DNA of 61,693 bases, counting the filler, from Malacoraja senta (Eukaryota), in NCBI GenBank assembly GCA_038087875.1. It is 3 parts of 3 records of this genome, joined end to end, with 100 filler letters (N's around TTAATTAATTAA, not from the genome) between each part and the next. Parts side by side here need not be neighbours in the genome. Positions count along the whole stretch, not along the records: positions 1 to 23,021 come from JAXLNO010002288.1; 2 more parts are not named here. One strand, given 5' to 3'. Every line of letters starts with the position of its first letter. The first letter of the stretch is position 1. A model generated the notes under the pieces. The model did not search any database. It saw nothing but the letters and a program-made list of their open reading frames with translations, and was not told where the DNA came from. The position numbers were made by a program, and so were the translations under genes. Below are positions 1 through 13,804 of this stretch, piece after piece.

Positions 1-456
1 CAGTCTCAATGGGCAGAAGGGCCCGTTTCTAAGGTGATGAATAGACAAAAAGCTGAAGTAACTCAGCGGGACAGACAGCACCTCTGGAGAGTAGGAATAG
101 GTGACATTTTGGGTCAATACTTTTCCTCAGATTTTTTAACATTATGTTCGGCAGTGAGAGTTAAAGGGCCGGTTCCTGTGCTGTACTGTTCTATTTCCCA
201 TGCAGAATGTATAGAATAACTTATTTGGGCATGTGGAGAAATGCTCAAAGCCAAAAGCCCATGGTCCAACTTCCACCCCTACAGAGGCCTCCTCAGTATG
301 GCAGTGACTGGTATTTTCTCTTTCCCTCCCTCTTCCATGGAATGGTTCCTCTGGAAGCTGCAAAATCAATAACTGAATAGCACCAAAATACACCAAACTA
401 ATCCGTCGTTGTGGATAGGAAGATACAGCACTTTTGCACCAAAAACTCTTCACTGA

Positions 457-741
457 CGGCACAATGGCGCAGCGGTAGAGTTGCCGCCTCTCAGCACCAG
501 AGACCCGGGTTCGATCCTGACTACGGGTGCTGTCGACACGGAGTTTGCACGTTCTCCCTGTGACTTGCATGGATTTATTCCGATATCTCCGGTTTCCTCC
601 CATACTCCAAAGACGCACAGGTTTGTAGGTGAATCGGATTGGTAGAAATGTAAAATTCTCTAGATAGTGTAAGAGTGCGGGGAACGCTGGTGGGTGCGGA
701 CATGGTGGGCCTGTTTCGGCGCTGTATCTCTAAACTAAACT
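457..741 (+). mobile_element. tRNA-derived HE1/V-SINE-type SINE
   Basis: A/B-box-like head (ggcgcagcggtagag..ggttcgatcc), V-domain core (ccggtttcctcccaca), CR1-like tail ending (taaac)n. Confidence 0.85.
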
Positions 742-970
742 GAAATTCAATCAGGAAATGGAGAGGAGCACGATTTGCATTACTGGTTACCCCCTCTCTA
801 TCAATGTTGACTCTGGTTTGCAGCACTTGGCTGGTCCAGGTGACAGAATGCAGCATGCAACCATTCGAGATCAGAGCAGGTGATCTCTAATAAAGAGGTA
901 GGCCCGACATGCCACTGAAAGGTCTGGACCAAGTCACGAGCTGCACGGTCACAAATGAGTTTATACTTAC

Positions 971-1030
971 CGCGTTGGCAAACACCACGCCTGCATCTCC
1001 GATTAAGCCTCGAGTCTTTTTCATGGGAGT
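971..1030 (-). CDS. GNS: GNS-like gene, exon 2 (60 nt)
   Basis: Acceptor ctcactgtttcag, then ACT CCC ATG AAA AAG ACT CGA GGC TTA ATC GGA GAT GCA GGC GTG GTG TTT GCC AAC GCG (TPMKKTRGLIGDAGVVFANA), then donor gtaagt. Phase 0/0, and matches GNS exon 2 ([20 protein letters not shown]). Intron 1 is 17,268 nt. Exon 3 lies beyond the window start. Confidence 0.92.
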
Positions 1031-1539
1031 CTGAAACAGTGAGATACAGCACAGTAAGTGACGTTACACAAGCACAAGATGGACCCAAAAAGCTGGAGTA
1101 ACTCAGCGGGTCAGGCAGCATCTCTGGAGAGAAGCACGGAGGTGTGACGTTTCAGTTGACGGCCCGAGATCCTTTTCTCCAGAGCGTGCCTGAAACACCG
1201 AGTTACTCCAGCATGTTGTGCCCGTCTTCGGCTTAAACCAGCATCTGCAGTTCCTTCTCACACAACTACAAACTTGACAATGGCAGCGCAAGACACAAAA
1301 TGCTTGAGTAACTCAGCAGGCCAGGCAACAATCTGGAGAATATTGATAGCATCGGGAATATTTTTGCGTCGGCAACCTTCTTCAGACTGATGAACACAGG
1401 CCGTTTTTTTGTCGTCTTTTTTTCTAAACCAGCAACAGCATTTTATTATTTCTGCCTATCCAAAAGCCTCAAATGGCCATTATTGTATCTGTCTCCACAC
1501 CACTCCTGGCAGCATCTACAAGCCACCCACCTCCCTCTT

Positions 1540-1900
1540 TACTAAAATAACTTGCCCCGCACACCCGCTTTAAACTTTGCCCCAACACCATTTTGTCTTT
1601 AACATTTCCACTCTGAAAAGTTCTGAGTGTCCACTAGGTCTCCCAAACTTTCATGTGCTTCTTTCAGGTATCCCCTTAATCACCAACGCCCAGGGAAAAT
1701 AATCCAAGTCTGTCCAACCTCTCCTTATAGCTAACACACTCTAATGCAGGCAGCATTCTGCTAAACCTCTTCTCCACCCTCTCCAAAGCCTCCACATCCT
1801 TCCTGTGTTGGGGTGACCAGAGCCACACATAATACTTCAAGTGCAACCTAACCAAACCTGCATCAGGACTTCCCGACTCGTAGCCAATGAAAATCAATTA
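1540..1900 (-). mobile_element. CR1 LINE 3' fragment
   Basis: Peptide WSPQHRKDVEALERVEKRFSRMLP..YKERLDRLGLFSL. Confidence 0.85.
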
Positions 1901-2145
1901 TTCACATCAGTTGCAAATATCTAACTCAAATTAACATCGTAATTAGAAGGTAGATGTCCACTGGTCTAAGCAATTTAGTGAGATTGAACTGCATGCATTA
2001 CGACTCTAAATGAAAAGATGGTTATTACCATGGAGCAGAGATAACGTTCTGGTCAAAAAGCACCATGGAATTCAGTCTCATAATACTACGCACGGATTCT
2101 TTAAGTTAGCATTGAACATTATTTTAACGTCAAGTCCCCCCAAAG

Positions 2146-2437
2146 GGTCAGCACAGTGTTGCAGCGGTAAAGCTGCTGCCTTACTGCACCAGAGATCCAG
2201 GTTCAATCCTGACCTTGGGTGCTGTCTGTATGGACTCTGTACGTTCTCCCTGTGACCGCGTGGGTTTTCTCCGGGTGCTCCGGTTTCTCCCACATTTCAA
2301 AGAAGTGCAGGTTTGTAGGTTAATTGGCTTCTTGTAAATTGTCCCTAGTGCGTAGGATAGATCTGGTGGACGAGTGATTGCTGGTCTGCGCAGACTCGGC
2401 TGGGCTGAAGGACCAGTTTTCATGCTATGACTCTAAA
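2146..2437 (+). mobile_element. HE1/V-SINE-type SINE
   Basis: Same head, core and tail architecture. Confidence 0.85.
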
Positions 2438-2889
2438 TCTCTAGTGATTTCTTTGGGAGCGGGAAGGGATGAGAGGAAAAGGGGAGGGAGTGGAAAGGAT
2501 GATTCAGAGAATAGCTACAGAAGTCCTATACCACTGTCCATGTTCATGCGTACATACACCTGTTACCAGCAGGGGGCATTGGACCTTGGTCATATTCCTT
2601 GACATGGTTCACATCACCTATGGACCTTCCTGTGGAACATTGGAAAGCTGCTAGAAGTAATGCCGAGAGGGGAATGGATAGGGTGAATGCACAGAGTAGG
2701 GGAGTCGGGAACCAGGTGGCAGAGGTTTAAGATGAGAGGGAAAACATTTAATTGGAACCCGAGTGGCATCTTTTTCACTCAGAAGGTGGTGGCTTTATGG
2801 AACAAGCTAATGGAGGAGGTAGTTGAGGCAGGTACTGTAACAATATTTAAAAGACATTTGGACAGGGACATGGGCAGAAAGGTTTAGAG

Positions 2890-3423
2890 CAGGGGTGGGG
2901 AACCTGCGGCCTTATGGCCGTATGCGGCCTTCTAGGCCATTAAGTGCGGCCTTTTGAATGAATCCAAATTTTGTAGAACAAATCATTTTATTTTTATTTT
3001 ATTAATTTGTTTTTGTTCGTCTTACTATTTTTATTTTAATCTTAAAATGAACGTATTTAAAATACCAAAGAGTAAAGAGGATTCAACTAAACAATCCTCC
3101 CCGACTGACGGCCACAATTAAAACATTGGTAAGTCATGAGGGCTATTTTAACACCTGTTATCCTCATGATTTAGTTCTAATGCAACTGTAAAATGTACAT
3201 TAACCTCCCACAAAAAGCAGTCACAACAAAGTTATTAAACGGTTAGTTAACTTTAGAATTAACAATTTTTTTTCATTTTCTTGAAGTTACTACATAGTAG
3301 TTAGATTTTTACAAAATAATGTACATTTTGAAGTATATCTAATTTAATTTTCTTGGATGCGGCCTTATTAGATTACAGCTAACTTAATGCGGCATTCCAA
3401 CATGAAAGGGTTCCCCACCCCTG
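2890..3423. mobile_element. Non-autonomous hAT (Charlie-like) DNA transposon, 534 bp, inserted in a CR1 tail
   Basis: Perfect 15-bp TIR CAGGGGTGGGGAACC. 8-bp TSD GTTTAGAG at 2882-2889 and 3424-3431. Confidence 0.92.
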
Positions 3424-5415
3424 GTTTAGAGGGATGTGGGCCAAACGCCGGCACGTAGGACTTGTGTAGACATAGCATTTTGGTCGGCATTGTTGAATTG
3501 GGCACAAGGTCAATGACTATGGCTCCATCAAACCTATTGACCAAGGGTCCAAGGTATGGACACCAGGTTTCTACTAAGCTTTTGCAGGGAGAAAAAAAAA
3601 TCCACATCTTTGTTCATTCAAAGGATCAAGAAGGAGATTACACACCAGGGACAATTTACAATTTTACTGAAGCCAATTCATCTACAAACCCACATGTCTT
3701 TGGAGTGTGGGAGGAAACCAGAACTTTGAGAAAACCCATCCAGTCGCAGGGAGAACATACAAACTCCGCACAGATATCACCCGTAAGGAGGATGGAACCC
3801 TGGTCTCTGGCGCTGTAAAGCAGCAAGTTTAAGGCCGTGCCACCCAGTTACTGCAGGCAAGCGTTAGTCAGAACTGGCTTTGAGCCTGGAATCTCACCAA
3901 TGTTATCAGGGCATCAACTTATCAAACTTGCTCCTTGTCACCATGTACAAACTTAAAAAGGGAACTCAAATGTTAGAGTGCACAGAATGAAACGTCCACA
4001 CATATTACATTCCCAATACTCATACCACCCAACTCTGGTCAACGCTGGCCCCTAAACCACACAAGCATGCCCAGCGGCTATTGCAATGCATTTATGTGTA
4101 GGGAGGAACTGTAGATGCTGGTTTAAACTGAAGATAGACACAAAAAGCTGGACTAACTCAGCGGGTCAGACACCATCTCTGGAGAAAAGGAACAGTGTGA
4201 CTTTTCCAGTCTCAACCCTTCTTTACTCCTTAAGAGGGGCCTCGACCAAAAACGTCACTTATTATTTTTCTCAAGTCATGCTGTCTGACCAGCTGAGTTA
4301 CTCCAGATTTTTGTGTCTATCTTGCAATGCTTTGAAGTCTCTAACGAGCATTACGTATGTCTGAAAGCTGCATGGACCAAGGAAAGAGCCATGCTAAATG
4401 ATTGAGTTCATATCTTAAGCAAACAACCTTGGACGTTCAGCCTAGATGTGGACACAAGGAACAGAAGATGCAGGGTTACAAGAAATGGAAACAAATTGCT
4501 GGAGCAATCAGCAGATCAGTGTGAAAGGTCAGCGTCATGGTAACATCGTCACGTCATTGGGCCAGGCCGATCCCTTGCAACTCCGGCCCAGTGCCATCGC
4601 CAGGGCAACGGGCCTTTATGGCCAGGATGCCACTAACATTTGTTTTTTTATTTTCAGACTTGAAGGATACAGGTTGCACTTGAAATGTGGCAACTTTTGT
4701 GCAGTGACTCTGTGTGGTCTTGTGTGGTACACATGCGCACAGAGTCGCACGCACGCAGAGTACATGCTCACACACACAGCTTGGAAACAGGCCCATCAGC
4801 CCAACCTGCCCAGGCTGACCAACATGCCCCAACTACACTAGTCCCACCTGCCTGCGCTTGGCCCACATCCTTCCAATCCTATCTTATCCATGTACCTCTC
4901 TAATGTTTCTTAAACATTGTGAGAGTACCTGCCTCAGCTACCTCTTCCAGCAGCTCATTCCATACACTTATCAGTGGGTAAAAGTTACCCCTCAGCTTCC
5001 TAATAATCTTTTCCCACCTCAACTTAAACCCATATCCTAAGCTTCGATTTCCCTACTCTGGGTAAAAGATTCTGTGCATTTACCCTGCCAATTCCTCTCT
5101 TGATCTTGTACACCTTAATAAAATCACCCCTCAGCCTCCTGTGTTTGTATTCAGTATGATTGTGACTGAAGAATAGCAGGATTGTCATTTAACTGGACGC
5201 AATGACAGTTAGGTACGTGTGACAATAAACTAACATTGAACCAGCAGGAGGAACAAGTCGGAAGAAGGGTCTCGACCTGAAACGCCACCCATTCCTTCTC
5301 TCCAGAGATGCTGCCTGCCCCGCTGAGTTACTCCAGCTTTTTGTGTCTATCAGCAGGAGGAAAGGTTTGGTGGATTGCACCTTCGTAATTGGGGTACGCA
5401 GCTAACCTTGAAAAG

Positions 5416-5714
5416 TGGCACAGGGGTAGAGTTGTTGCCTTGCAGCGCCAGAGACCCTGGTTCGATCCTGTCTACGGGTGCTGTCTGTACGGAGTTTGTA
5501 ATTTCTCCCTATGACCTGCGTGGGCTTTCGCCAGAAGCTCCAGTTTCCTCCCACACGCCAAAAACATACAGGTTTGTAGATTAATTGGCTTCGGTAGAAT
5601 TGTAAATGGTCCTTAGTATGTATAGGATAGTATTAGTGTGCGGGGATCGCTGGTCGGCGCGGACTCAGTGAGCCAAAGGGCTTGTTTCCGTGCTGTATCT
5701 CCAAACTAAACTAA
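5416..5714 (+). mobile_element. HE1/V-SINE-type SINE
   Basis: Same architecture. Further copies follow at about 6016-6315, 6470-6770 and 8024-8312 (+). Confidence 0.85.
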
Positions 5715-7888
5715 GCAACAGAATATTGATGCAAAGTGATTATGGAGGACCTCGAATATTTCTAGAGGGACCCTGGGCTAGGGCCAGTTAATGTTGCCCA
5801 CGCTGTTGTGTGGTGACACAGGCTGCTCATTACATTCCTGGGGGAGCTATGTGCCTTTATCTCAGCGCCACACAGCAGAGAGGAGGCTCACGATCACTCA
5901 CAGCAACTCCCTTCCCATCTGAGCACAGACATCCCGATACCAAGAATTCAGCAAAAACAGAACATTTTATTTACTGACAATTAACTTTCAGACTTCCCGT
6001 CACAGCTGGGAGACACAGAGGCGCAGCGGATAGAGCTGCTGCCTCACAGCGCCAGAGACCCAGATTCCATCCTGGCCTCCCATTGCTGTCTGAGTGTGGA
6101 GTTTGCACGTTCTCCCTGTGACCGCGAGGGTTCCCTCCCACATCGCAGGGGCGTGCAGGTCTGTCGGTTAATTGGCTCCCGTAAATTGCCCCCAAGCGCG
6201 CAGGGAGTAAATGAGTGTTTGGGATAAAGATCCAATTAGTGTGAACGGGTGATCAATAGTCGGCATGGACTCTGTAGGGCGAAGGGCCTGTTTCCATGCT
6301 ATATCTCTAAGCTAAACCATGGCATTGCCATTTTATCTGGGCCTCGATTGGAACAACGTATCCAATTGACGGCTGTCCACTTTATGAAGGACATCAGGGT
6401 CTGGGATGAACAGTACCAGTAATTACATGGAGAGATTAATTAAATTAATTAATTTGGTTCATTAATTATTGGCAGAGCCACTACCTCATAGCACCAGAGA
6501 CCCGGGTTCGATCCTGACCTCCCATTGCTGTCTGAGTGTGGAGTTTGCACGTTCTCCCTGTGACCGCGTGGGTTTCCTCCGGGTGCTCCGGTTTCCTCCC
6601 ACATCCCAAAGGCGTGCGGGGTTTGTAGGTTAACTGGTCTCTGTAAATTGCCCCCAAGTGTGTAGGGAGCGGATGAGAAAGTGGGATAACATAGAACTAG
6701 TGTGAGCGGGTGATCGATGGTCAGCGTGGACTCAATGGGCAGAAAGACGAGTTTCCATGCTGCACCTGTCAATCAATCAATCAAAAGATTTCACATACCA
6801 CGTTGCTCCTGTCAAGTCACTGAAGCTGGAGAAATATGATAGAAATTGTTCACAGTTATGAACATTTTCCTAAACTTCTGCACTGGCAGAAATAAGCTGC
6901 ATGATAATTACAGTATATTGTATAATACGGTAATAAACAGCAATATGCAAACCAGTCATAAACTAATTCCCCCACAAAAGATCTCAATTTCTGGATCAGG
7001 ATAAAGGCAATACAAAGACACAACACATTTACCTTCAAATGTTACGGTGCTGGAGTAACTCGGTGTGTGAGGCAGCAGCTCTGGTGATGTTTCAGGTCGG
7101 GACCCTTCATAAGCCTGAAGAAGGGTCCCTACCAAAAACATCACCTGGCCATGTGTAGGGAGGAACTGCAGATGCTGGTTTAAACCAAAGACAGACAAAA
7201 AAGCTGGAGTAGCTCAGCGGATCAGGCAGCATGGCTGAAGCACAAGAATACATGACATTTTGGGTCGAGACCCTGCTTCAGACTGAAACACATGAAGAGG
7301 GATCTCGAGCCGAAATGTCACCTATCCACGTTCTCCAGAGATTGTGTCGGAGTTGTACAGCTGAGATGTTCCACCACTTTGTGCCTTTTTCTTTGAAGCC
7401 AACCATCTGCAATTCCTTACTTCTACAATTTTACCTTTGCTGAATTACAGCCTAATGTAAACAAAGTCATTGTAAATACTTGCTGTTTGTACTTGCTGTT
7501 TATGGTCAAACAGAAATGAATGCTGAGGTTGATTTTTGGAGTTGATAGATCAATCTCCTGAACTCTCCTTTGTGGAGAGGTTGATCAGTGCATAGAATGG
7601 ATCATTGTATGTGAACCAACTGTCAGCAGGTGATTGATGTTGTCATATACTGTATCTACTCCTCAGGCCCCTCTATAAAGCCCAAACTGCAAAGACAACT
7701 TCAATAAAACTTCCTGAGCCCAAGCACAAACATCCAAAGTGCTAACAGAAACACTCAGGAATGCATTCACAGATAAACATGGATTATACTGTGTAGGAAG
7801 GAAATGAAGATGCTTGTTTACACCGAAGGTAGACACAAAATGCTGGAGTAACTCAGCGGGACAGGCAGCATCCCTGGATAGAAGGAAT

Positions 7889-7924
7889 GGGTGACGTTTC
7901 AAGTCGAGACCCTTCTTCAGACCT
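7889..7924 (-). ncRNA. Minimal hammerhead-ribozyme-like motif (second copy)
   Basis: Minus strand GGT-CTGAAGA-A-GGGT(CTCG)ACTT-GAAAC-GTC-ACC. Stem I is GGU/ACC, and stem II has two G-U pairs. Confidence 0.5.
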
Positions 7925-9501
7925 GAACTGTACTGTAACGGTACTGTAGAGGATAGATGACAAAGTCACTAAACACAGGATTAGAATTCAACTGAAGGAT
8001 TAGTCCCCCTCAGGCTTCATTAGCAATAGAGCCACTGCCTCACAGCGCCAGACACATGGGTTCAATCCCGACCTGTCTACGTGTGGTTTGCATGACCTCC
8101 CTGTGATGCCAGTTTTCCTCAGGGTGCTCCAGCTTCCTCCCATATCCCAAAGCGTTTAAAGGTTAATCGGCCTGTAAATTGTCCCCTAATCAGACTTGGG
8201 AGTGTATAAATCACATGCACTCTTAACTCTTGAATGGATGCAAAAGTGGAATAACATAGAAGTTGCGTGAAACGGTGAGTGGCAACCTGGACTCGATGGG
8301 CCGAAGGGCCTGTCACCATGTTAATAGACAATAGATGCAGGTGTAGGCCATTTGGCCCTTCGAGCCAGCACCGCCATTCGATGTGATCATGGCTGATCAT
8401 CCCCAATCAGTACCCCGTTCCTGCCTTCTCCCCATATCCCCTGACTCCACTATTTTTAAGCCCTATCTAGCTCTCTTGAAAGCATCCTGAGAACCTGCCT
8501 CCACCGCCCTCTGAGGCAGAGAATTCCACAGACTCACCACTCTGTGAGAAAAAGTGTTTCCTCGTCTCCGTTCTAAATGGCTTACTCCTTGTTCTTAAAC
8601 TGTGGCCCCTGGTTCTGGACTCCCCCAACATCAGGAACATGTTTCCTGCCTCTATGTTGATTCTATAAACTAATTGACATGTGGGGACTGAGTGATTTTA
8701 TTTTTGGAAAAAAACACACAATGTGCTGGAGTATCTCAGTGAGTCAGGCAGCATCTGTGGAGAACTTGGATAGACGACGTGTCAGGTCAGGACCCTTTGG
8801 GGCTTTGGCAGTTCCCTATGTCACTTTGACTTTTAAAAGATTTCTGTAATTATCTTAGATGGAGTCATTATCACTGTTCACAAGAGTGGTTGTTTGTGTG
8901 TTCAGGAACTGCCCAGGCCTGGAACAGAACCGATGTCCTTCAGAAAACAGACTGAAGAAGGCACCCCACCCAAAACAACCCCTGTCCATGTTCTCTGGAG
9001 TTACTCTAATATTTTGTGCCTTATCTTAAGAACTTGTAGCTTGCTGCATCACTGTGGTAGGATGTGGCCATGTTCACACCTCCACTTCAGATTCAAGATA
9101 GAAATGTAGAATAGAGATTAACTAAAAGTTACGTTGAAAGAAAAGGAAAGAGAAACAGATCTTAATGAATTCTAAAATATTGGTGTGAAAACAAAAGCAC
9201 TCCAATCAAGTATTCATCGTAAGCATTGCTGTCCGAGATAGGCCAGTTGGTTATGTGCAAAATAAATCTTTCTCTACACTGTTCAAGACAAGATTATTTA
9301 ATTGTCATATGTACCAAACACAGAGCAATGATATTCTTACTTGTAGCAGCATAACAGGACTATAAACACAGTACTGAGAGATAACATACTGTAATGAACA
9401 AAAAACCCAATATATTTTTAAAATGCAATGTTTGTGCAAAAATGCCTGAAGTACTTGGTGCAGAGAAGACATTTCATAGTTCACAGTTTAGCTATTGTTT
9501 G

Positions 9502-9785
9502 TAGTTTAGTTTAGAGATGCACCATGGAAACAGGCCATTCGGCCCGCAGCATGGCGACCAGCAATCCCCTCATACATTGGTTCTATCCTACACACCAAGG
9601 ACAATTTGCCGAAGCCAATTATTCTACAAACCTGCACGTCTTTGGGACGTGGGAGGAAACTGGAGCACTCAGAGAAAACCCAGGTGGTCACAGGTAGAAT
9701 GTACAGACAGCGCCCATAGTCATTATCGAACCTGGGTCTCTGGCTACATAAGGCAGCAACTCTACCGTTGCACCATTGTGCCACA
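9502..9785 (-). mobile_element. HE1/V-SINE-type SINE
   Basis: Reverse-complement copy. Another lies at about 10850-11165 (-). Confidence 0.85.
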
Positions 9786-10529
9786 ATTTTAGTGCCAGAC
9801 GGTCTTTGGGAAGAAGCTGTTCTTGAGCCTGGAGGTCATAGATTTCAGGCTCCTATACCTTCTACCTGACGGCAGGAGTGAAATGGGAGCATGACCAGGG
9901 TGGCGAGGATCCTTGAAGATGCTGGCTGCCTTTTTGAGGCAGCAACCTCCTACAGATCCCTTCGATGGTGTGGAGGTCATTACCCCCTGATGGACCAGGC
10001 AGTGTTCACCACTTCCTTCATTCTTGGGCTTTCAAACTAGTCTCCACATCCCCACACCCTAACACTGCATCACAGCCTTCACACTCGACATATAAACTAT
10101 CCATTTCCAGGGACAAGATACTGACCAATTTAATCAGAAACTCAAGATACTCCAAGCCCCAATGCAGGAACTTGGCCCGAAATAGCAACATATCTGATGG
10201 CACCATAGATGCTGACTGACCCACTGAGTTCCTGCAACGCCATCTGTATTTAATCAAAATTAAACAAAAGCCACGGACCAACAAATCAGCAGATAGCTCA
10301 CAACTTAAAGGGAAATGGCTGGGAAGCAATAGGCCATCTATTCAAGAGAAACAGCAAAACAACAAGCAACTGATAAAGCAAAGAAAGACAATCTCTCTCC
10401 CCATCAGATGGAGAAGGAGAGTAAACAGAATGACTTCTCTAGCATCAAGTAATCCTTGTTTCCCCTCTCTCTCCATCCCTCCCCTTCATAGTTCTCCCAC
10501 CAGTCTGATTGTCCCTGATTATATTTTAT

Positions 10530-10561
10530 CTGAAGAAGGGTCTCGACCCGAAACGTCACCC
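10530..10561 (+). ncRNA. Minimal type-I hammerhead-ribozyme-like motif in a Penelope-derived repeat
   Basis: CTGAAGA-A-GGGT(CTCG)ACCC-GAAAC-GTC: CUGANGA box, 4-bp stem II, GAAA box and GUC cleavage triplet. Stem I is weak in this copy. Confidence 0.55.
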
Positions 10562-11718
10562 ATTCCTTCTCTCCAGAGATGCTGCCTGTCCCACCGAGTT
10601 ACTCCAGCATTTGTGTCTATCCTCGGTTTAATCCAGCATCTGCAATTCCTTCCTACACAAGAGAATATGTATGCTGGGACAGACTTTGCATTGAGATTTT
10701 ACTTCAACTTATTGATAGACCTTTTCCTCAAATTCCAGGTATTCTGCACGAGAAGCCATTAACTGCTCTTGTTCATGGTATTTACAGAACCAAAATTGAT
10801 ATTCGGATTATGATATTCAAATAGTATCCAAAGAACTTCTAGCTTAGTTTAATTTAAACTTTAGAGATACAGTGCGGAAACAGGCCCTTCGGCCCACCAA
10901 GTCCTCACCGAGAAATAATCACCCCATACACACTAGCTCTATTCTACCCATTAGGGACAATTAATAGGAGCCATTTAACATACAAACCTGCACGCCTTTG
11001 GAGTGTGGGAGGAATCTGGAGTACCCGGAGATTCTGGAATACCTGGAGAATCCTACAGGTTCACAGGGAGAACATACAGACTCGGTACCGACAGCACCTG
11101 TAGTCCGGATCGAACTTGGTTCTCTGGCGCTGTAAGGCAGCAACTCTGCAACTGTACCACTGAGCCGGCTGGCCCTTAGCTTAGTTTAGAGATTCAGCCT
11201 GAAATCAGGCCCTTCAGCCCAGCGATACCCATGCTGGCCATTGATCACCCGTTCAAACTCGCTCTATGTTGTCCCACTTTCTCATCCACTCCCCACACAC
11301 TGGGGGGGGGTGGGGGGGGGGCAATATGTAGGGGAGAATTATCTGAGAAACTCGCACGTCTTTGGGATGAGGGAGGAAACCCACGCAGTCACAGAGTCAA
11401 GAGAGGGAAGAGTGCTTTAATGTCATCTGTAACGAAACAAAACAATTACATTCTTCCTTGTAGCAGCACAACAGGTTTGGGAAGGCCTGTGGGCAGTGGA
11501 TGCAAAAGTGTGATGACTTAGCACTAATATGTACATGCAAACTCCACACAGACAGCACCCAAGGTCAGGATCAAACCCGGGCAGCAGCTCTCTACCAGCT
11601 GCACCACCATACCGCCCCTATTTTACATCAGACATAACAATTGAATGTATATGCGTGTGTGTAAACAATAATATACACACACTGAACTTTTTTTTCTCGC
11701 TTATTATATTGTTTACAG

Positions 11719-12159
11719 CAGGGGTGGGCAACCTTGTTCTCCATAGGTGCCAGGACGCATGTCTGTGAGCGGATGGCGGGCCACATCTAACACTTGTACA
11801 CATGGCTCCCGCCCCAGATGGCAGGCATCAAATCACATGTTCACAGAAGGTAGACAAAAATGCTGGAGAAACTCAGCGGGTGAGGCAGCCTCATGCAATC
11901 CTTGCATGTCTCACCCGCTGAGTTTCTCCAGCATTTTTGTCCACCGTCGATTTTTTTCCAGCATCTGCAGTTCTTTCTTAAACATGGATGCGGTACAGCC
12001 AGAGCTTGGCGCTAGGCTGCTGCTCGGGGCTCTCGGCCGCTGCTCGTGTTGCTGCTGCTCGGGGCGGGCGCTCGGACACTGCTCGGGGTGCTCAGCGGGC
12101 CAGATGATTTTGGGTTACGGGCCGCATTCGGCCCGGGGGCCGTAGGTTGCCGGCCCCTG
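11719..12159. mobile_element. Non-autonomous hAT-like element, 441 bp, carrying an internal Penelope-derived inverted repeat
   Basis: TIRs CAGGGGTGGGCAACC / CAGGGGCCGGCAACC (13/15). 8-bp TSD GTTTACAG at 11711-11718 and 12160-12167. Confidence 0.88.
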
Positions 12160-12914
12160 GTTTACAGCGTACTATGTTTACATATTCTGTTGTGCTGCTG
12201 CAAGTAAGAATTTCATTGTTCCATCTGGTACATATGACAATAAAACACTCTTGACTTTAACATTTTTTTTTGCCTATCCAGGATTGACAGTCGTGCATGG
12301 GAGCATCAGTCAGTCAGGTGAGGCTCCAGTGACACACAAACTCCTGACCACACTCATGTGCGGGCGGATACGTTCAGCCAGAACAGATGACTGTCATGCG
12401 GAGGGTCAGTGTTGCACCCTGTCCCAGCAGCACATCCGCTTCCCCCAAAGCAACACTATCTCCAGACTGAACATCCACGAGAAAACCTCGGGCTACAGAT
12501 AGGAAGTGAAACTGTAAGGCTGAATGACACGCTGACTGGCCTTCAGTTCAGAGAATGTCACAAGGCCATTTTCATACACAAACAAATTGTTTGGATATCA
12601 TTTCTGGTCAGGGTCAATGCATCATTTGAAAAAGTCAACAATACCACATCGCCTTGTCTTATGGTCCAGGGTACTGATTTCAGATGATCAGCCATGATCA
12701 TATGGAATGGCGGTGCGGGCTCGAAGGGCTGAATAGCCTACTCCTGCACCCGTTTTCTATGCTTCTCAAGAAGGTGCAAGAAAATGCCAGCCCCTCAGTT
12801 TAGTAAGAAGGTAGACAAAAGTGCTGGAGAAACTCAGCGGCGGCAGCAGCATCTGTGGAGCGAAGGAAATAGGCAACGTTTCGGGCCGAAACCCTTCTTC
12901 TCAGTTTAGTAATC

Positions 12915-13330
12915 TCTCTCCCAGGACACAAGCTTTCAACCCAGTGGGATGAATATTGATTTCTCCAACTTCAAGTAATCCCTGCATTCCATCTCTCCAC
13001 CCCTCCCCCTTCAAAGTCACACCAGCTTCAGTCGTCTTGAGTCTCATTGTCTGTACTCATTCTCACCTAACTCACAGCTAACAATGACCCATTTCCTTTA
13101 TCATCTTTACTTTTTTTGCATATCTTTCATTCATTTGTTCTATACCTCTCTACATCACAGCCTATATCTCTCATTTCCCTTTCCCCCCGACTCTCAGTCT
13201 GAAGAAAGGTCTCAACCCGAAACGTCACATATTCCTTTTCTCTAGAGATGCTGTCTGACCGGCTAAATTACTCCAGCATTTTGTGTCTATCTTCGGTTCA
13301 AACCAGCATCTATAGTTCCTTCCGACACAC
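12915..13330 (+). mobile_element. Penelope-like 3' fragment
   Basis: Reads ..QPSGMNIDFSNFK*, followed by the tail CTGAAGAAAGGTCTCAACCCGAAACGTCAC..GATGCTGTCTGACC. Confidence 0.75.
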
Positions 13331-13409
13331 AAGACTCAGTTGTTCGGAGTGCAATCACATTTTCACTGGCTAGCATTCACTCAGAGTTAACCACTTGTCT
13401 TAGGGCAGA

Positions 13410-13540
13410 CTTTCAAGTCAAGTCAAGTCAAGTGAGTTTATTGTCATGTGTCCCTGGTAGGACAATGAAATTCTTGCTTTGCTTGAGCACAACAGAACAT
13501 AGTAGGCATTTACTACAAGGCATTCTATAAATATATACAC
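13410..13540 (-). mobile_element. 3' tail of the same Rex1/Babar-like family as 57884-58724
   Basis: By eye it is identical over about 120 nt to the reverse complement of about 58605-58727, including the (tcaag)n tail. Confidence 0.85.
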
Positions 13541-13804
13541 TTTAAGAGGCAGAGAAGTGGAGCTTGTACTACTTATGTTGGGTGCTGTAAAGCCCATATT
13601 TAGAAGACAGCAAGACAGCTTTGTGGACATAGTGTGAAAACCACACAATTATGGCGGGCGAATAAACCAGCCACGTGAGGTGAAAACAAAGAGAACTTTA
13701 TGCAGGTAAAGACATCAAGACACATGCGAATGGGGAGGGCCTGACCCAGGTCTCCATACTTATGCTAGGGCACACCTCTAAACCGCATGACAAATGCTTC
13801 CCGC

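Noticed and set aside
457-540. tRNA gene calls for SINE heads
   Set aside because: A/B-box-like heads continue into the SINE core and tail in every copy, and no complete cloverleaf was seen.
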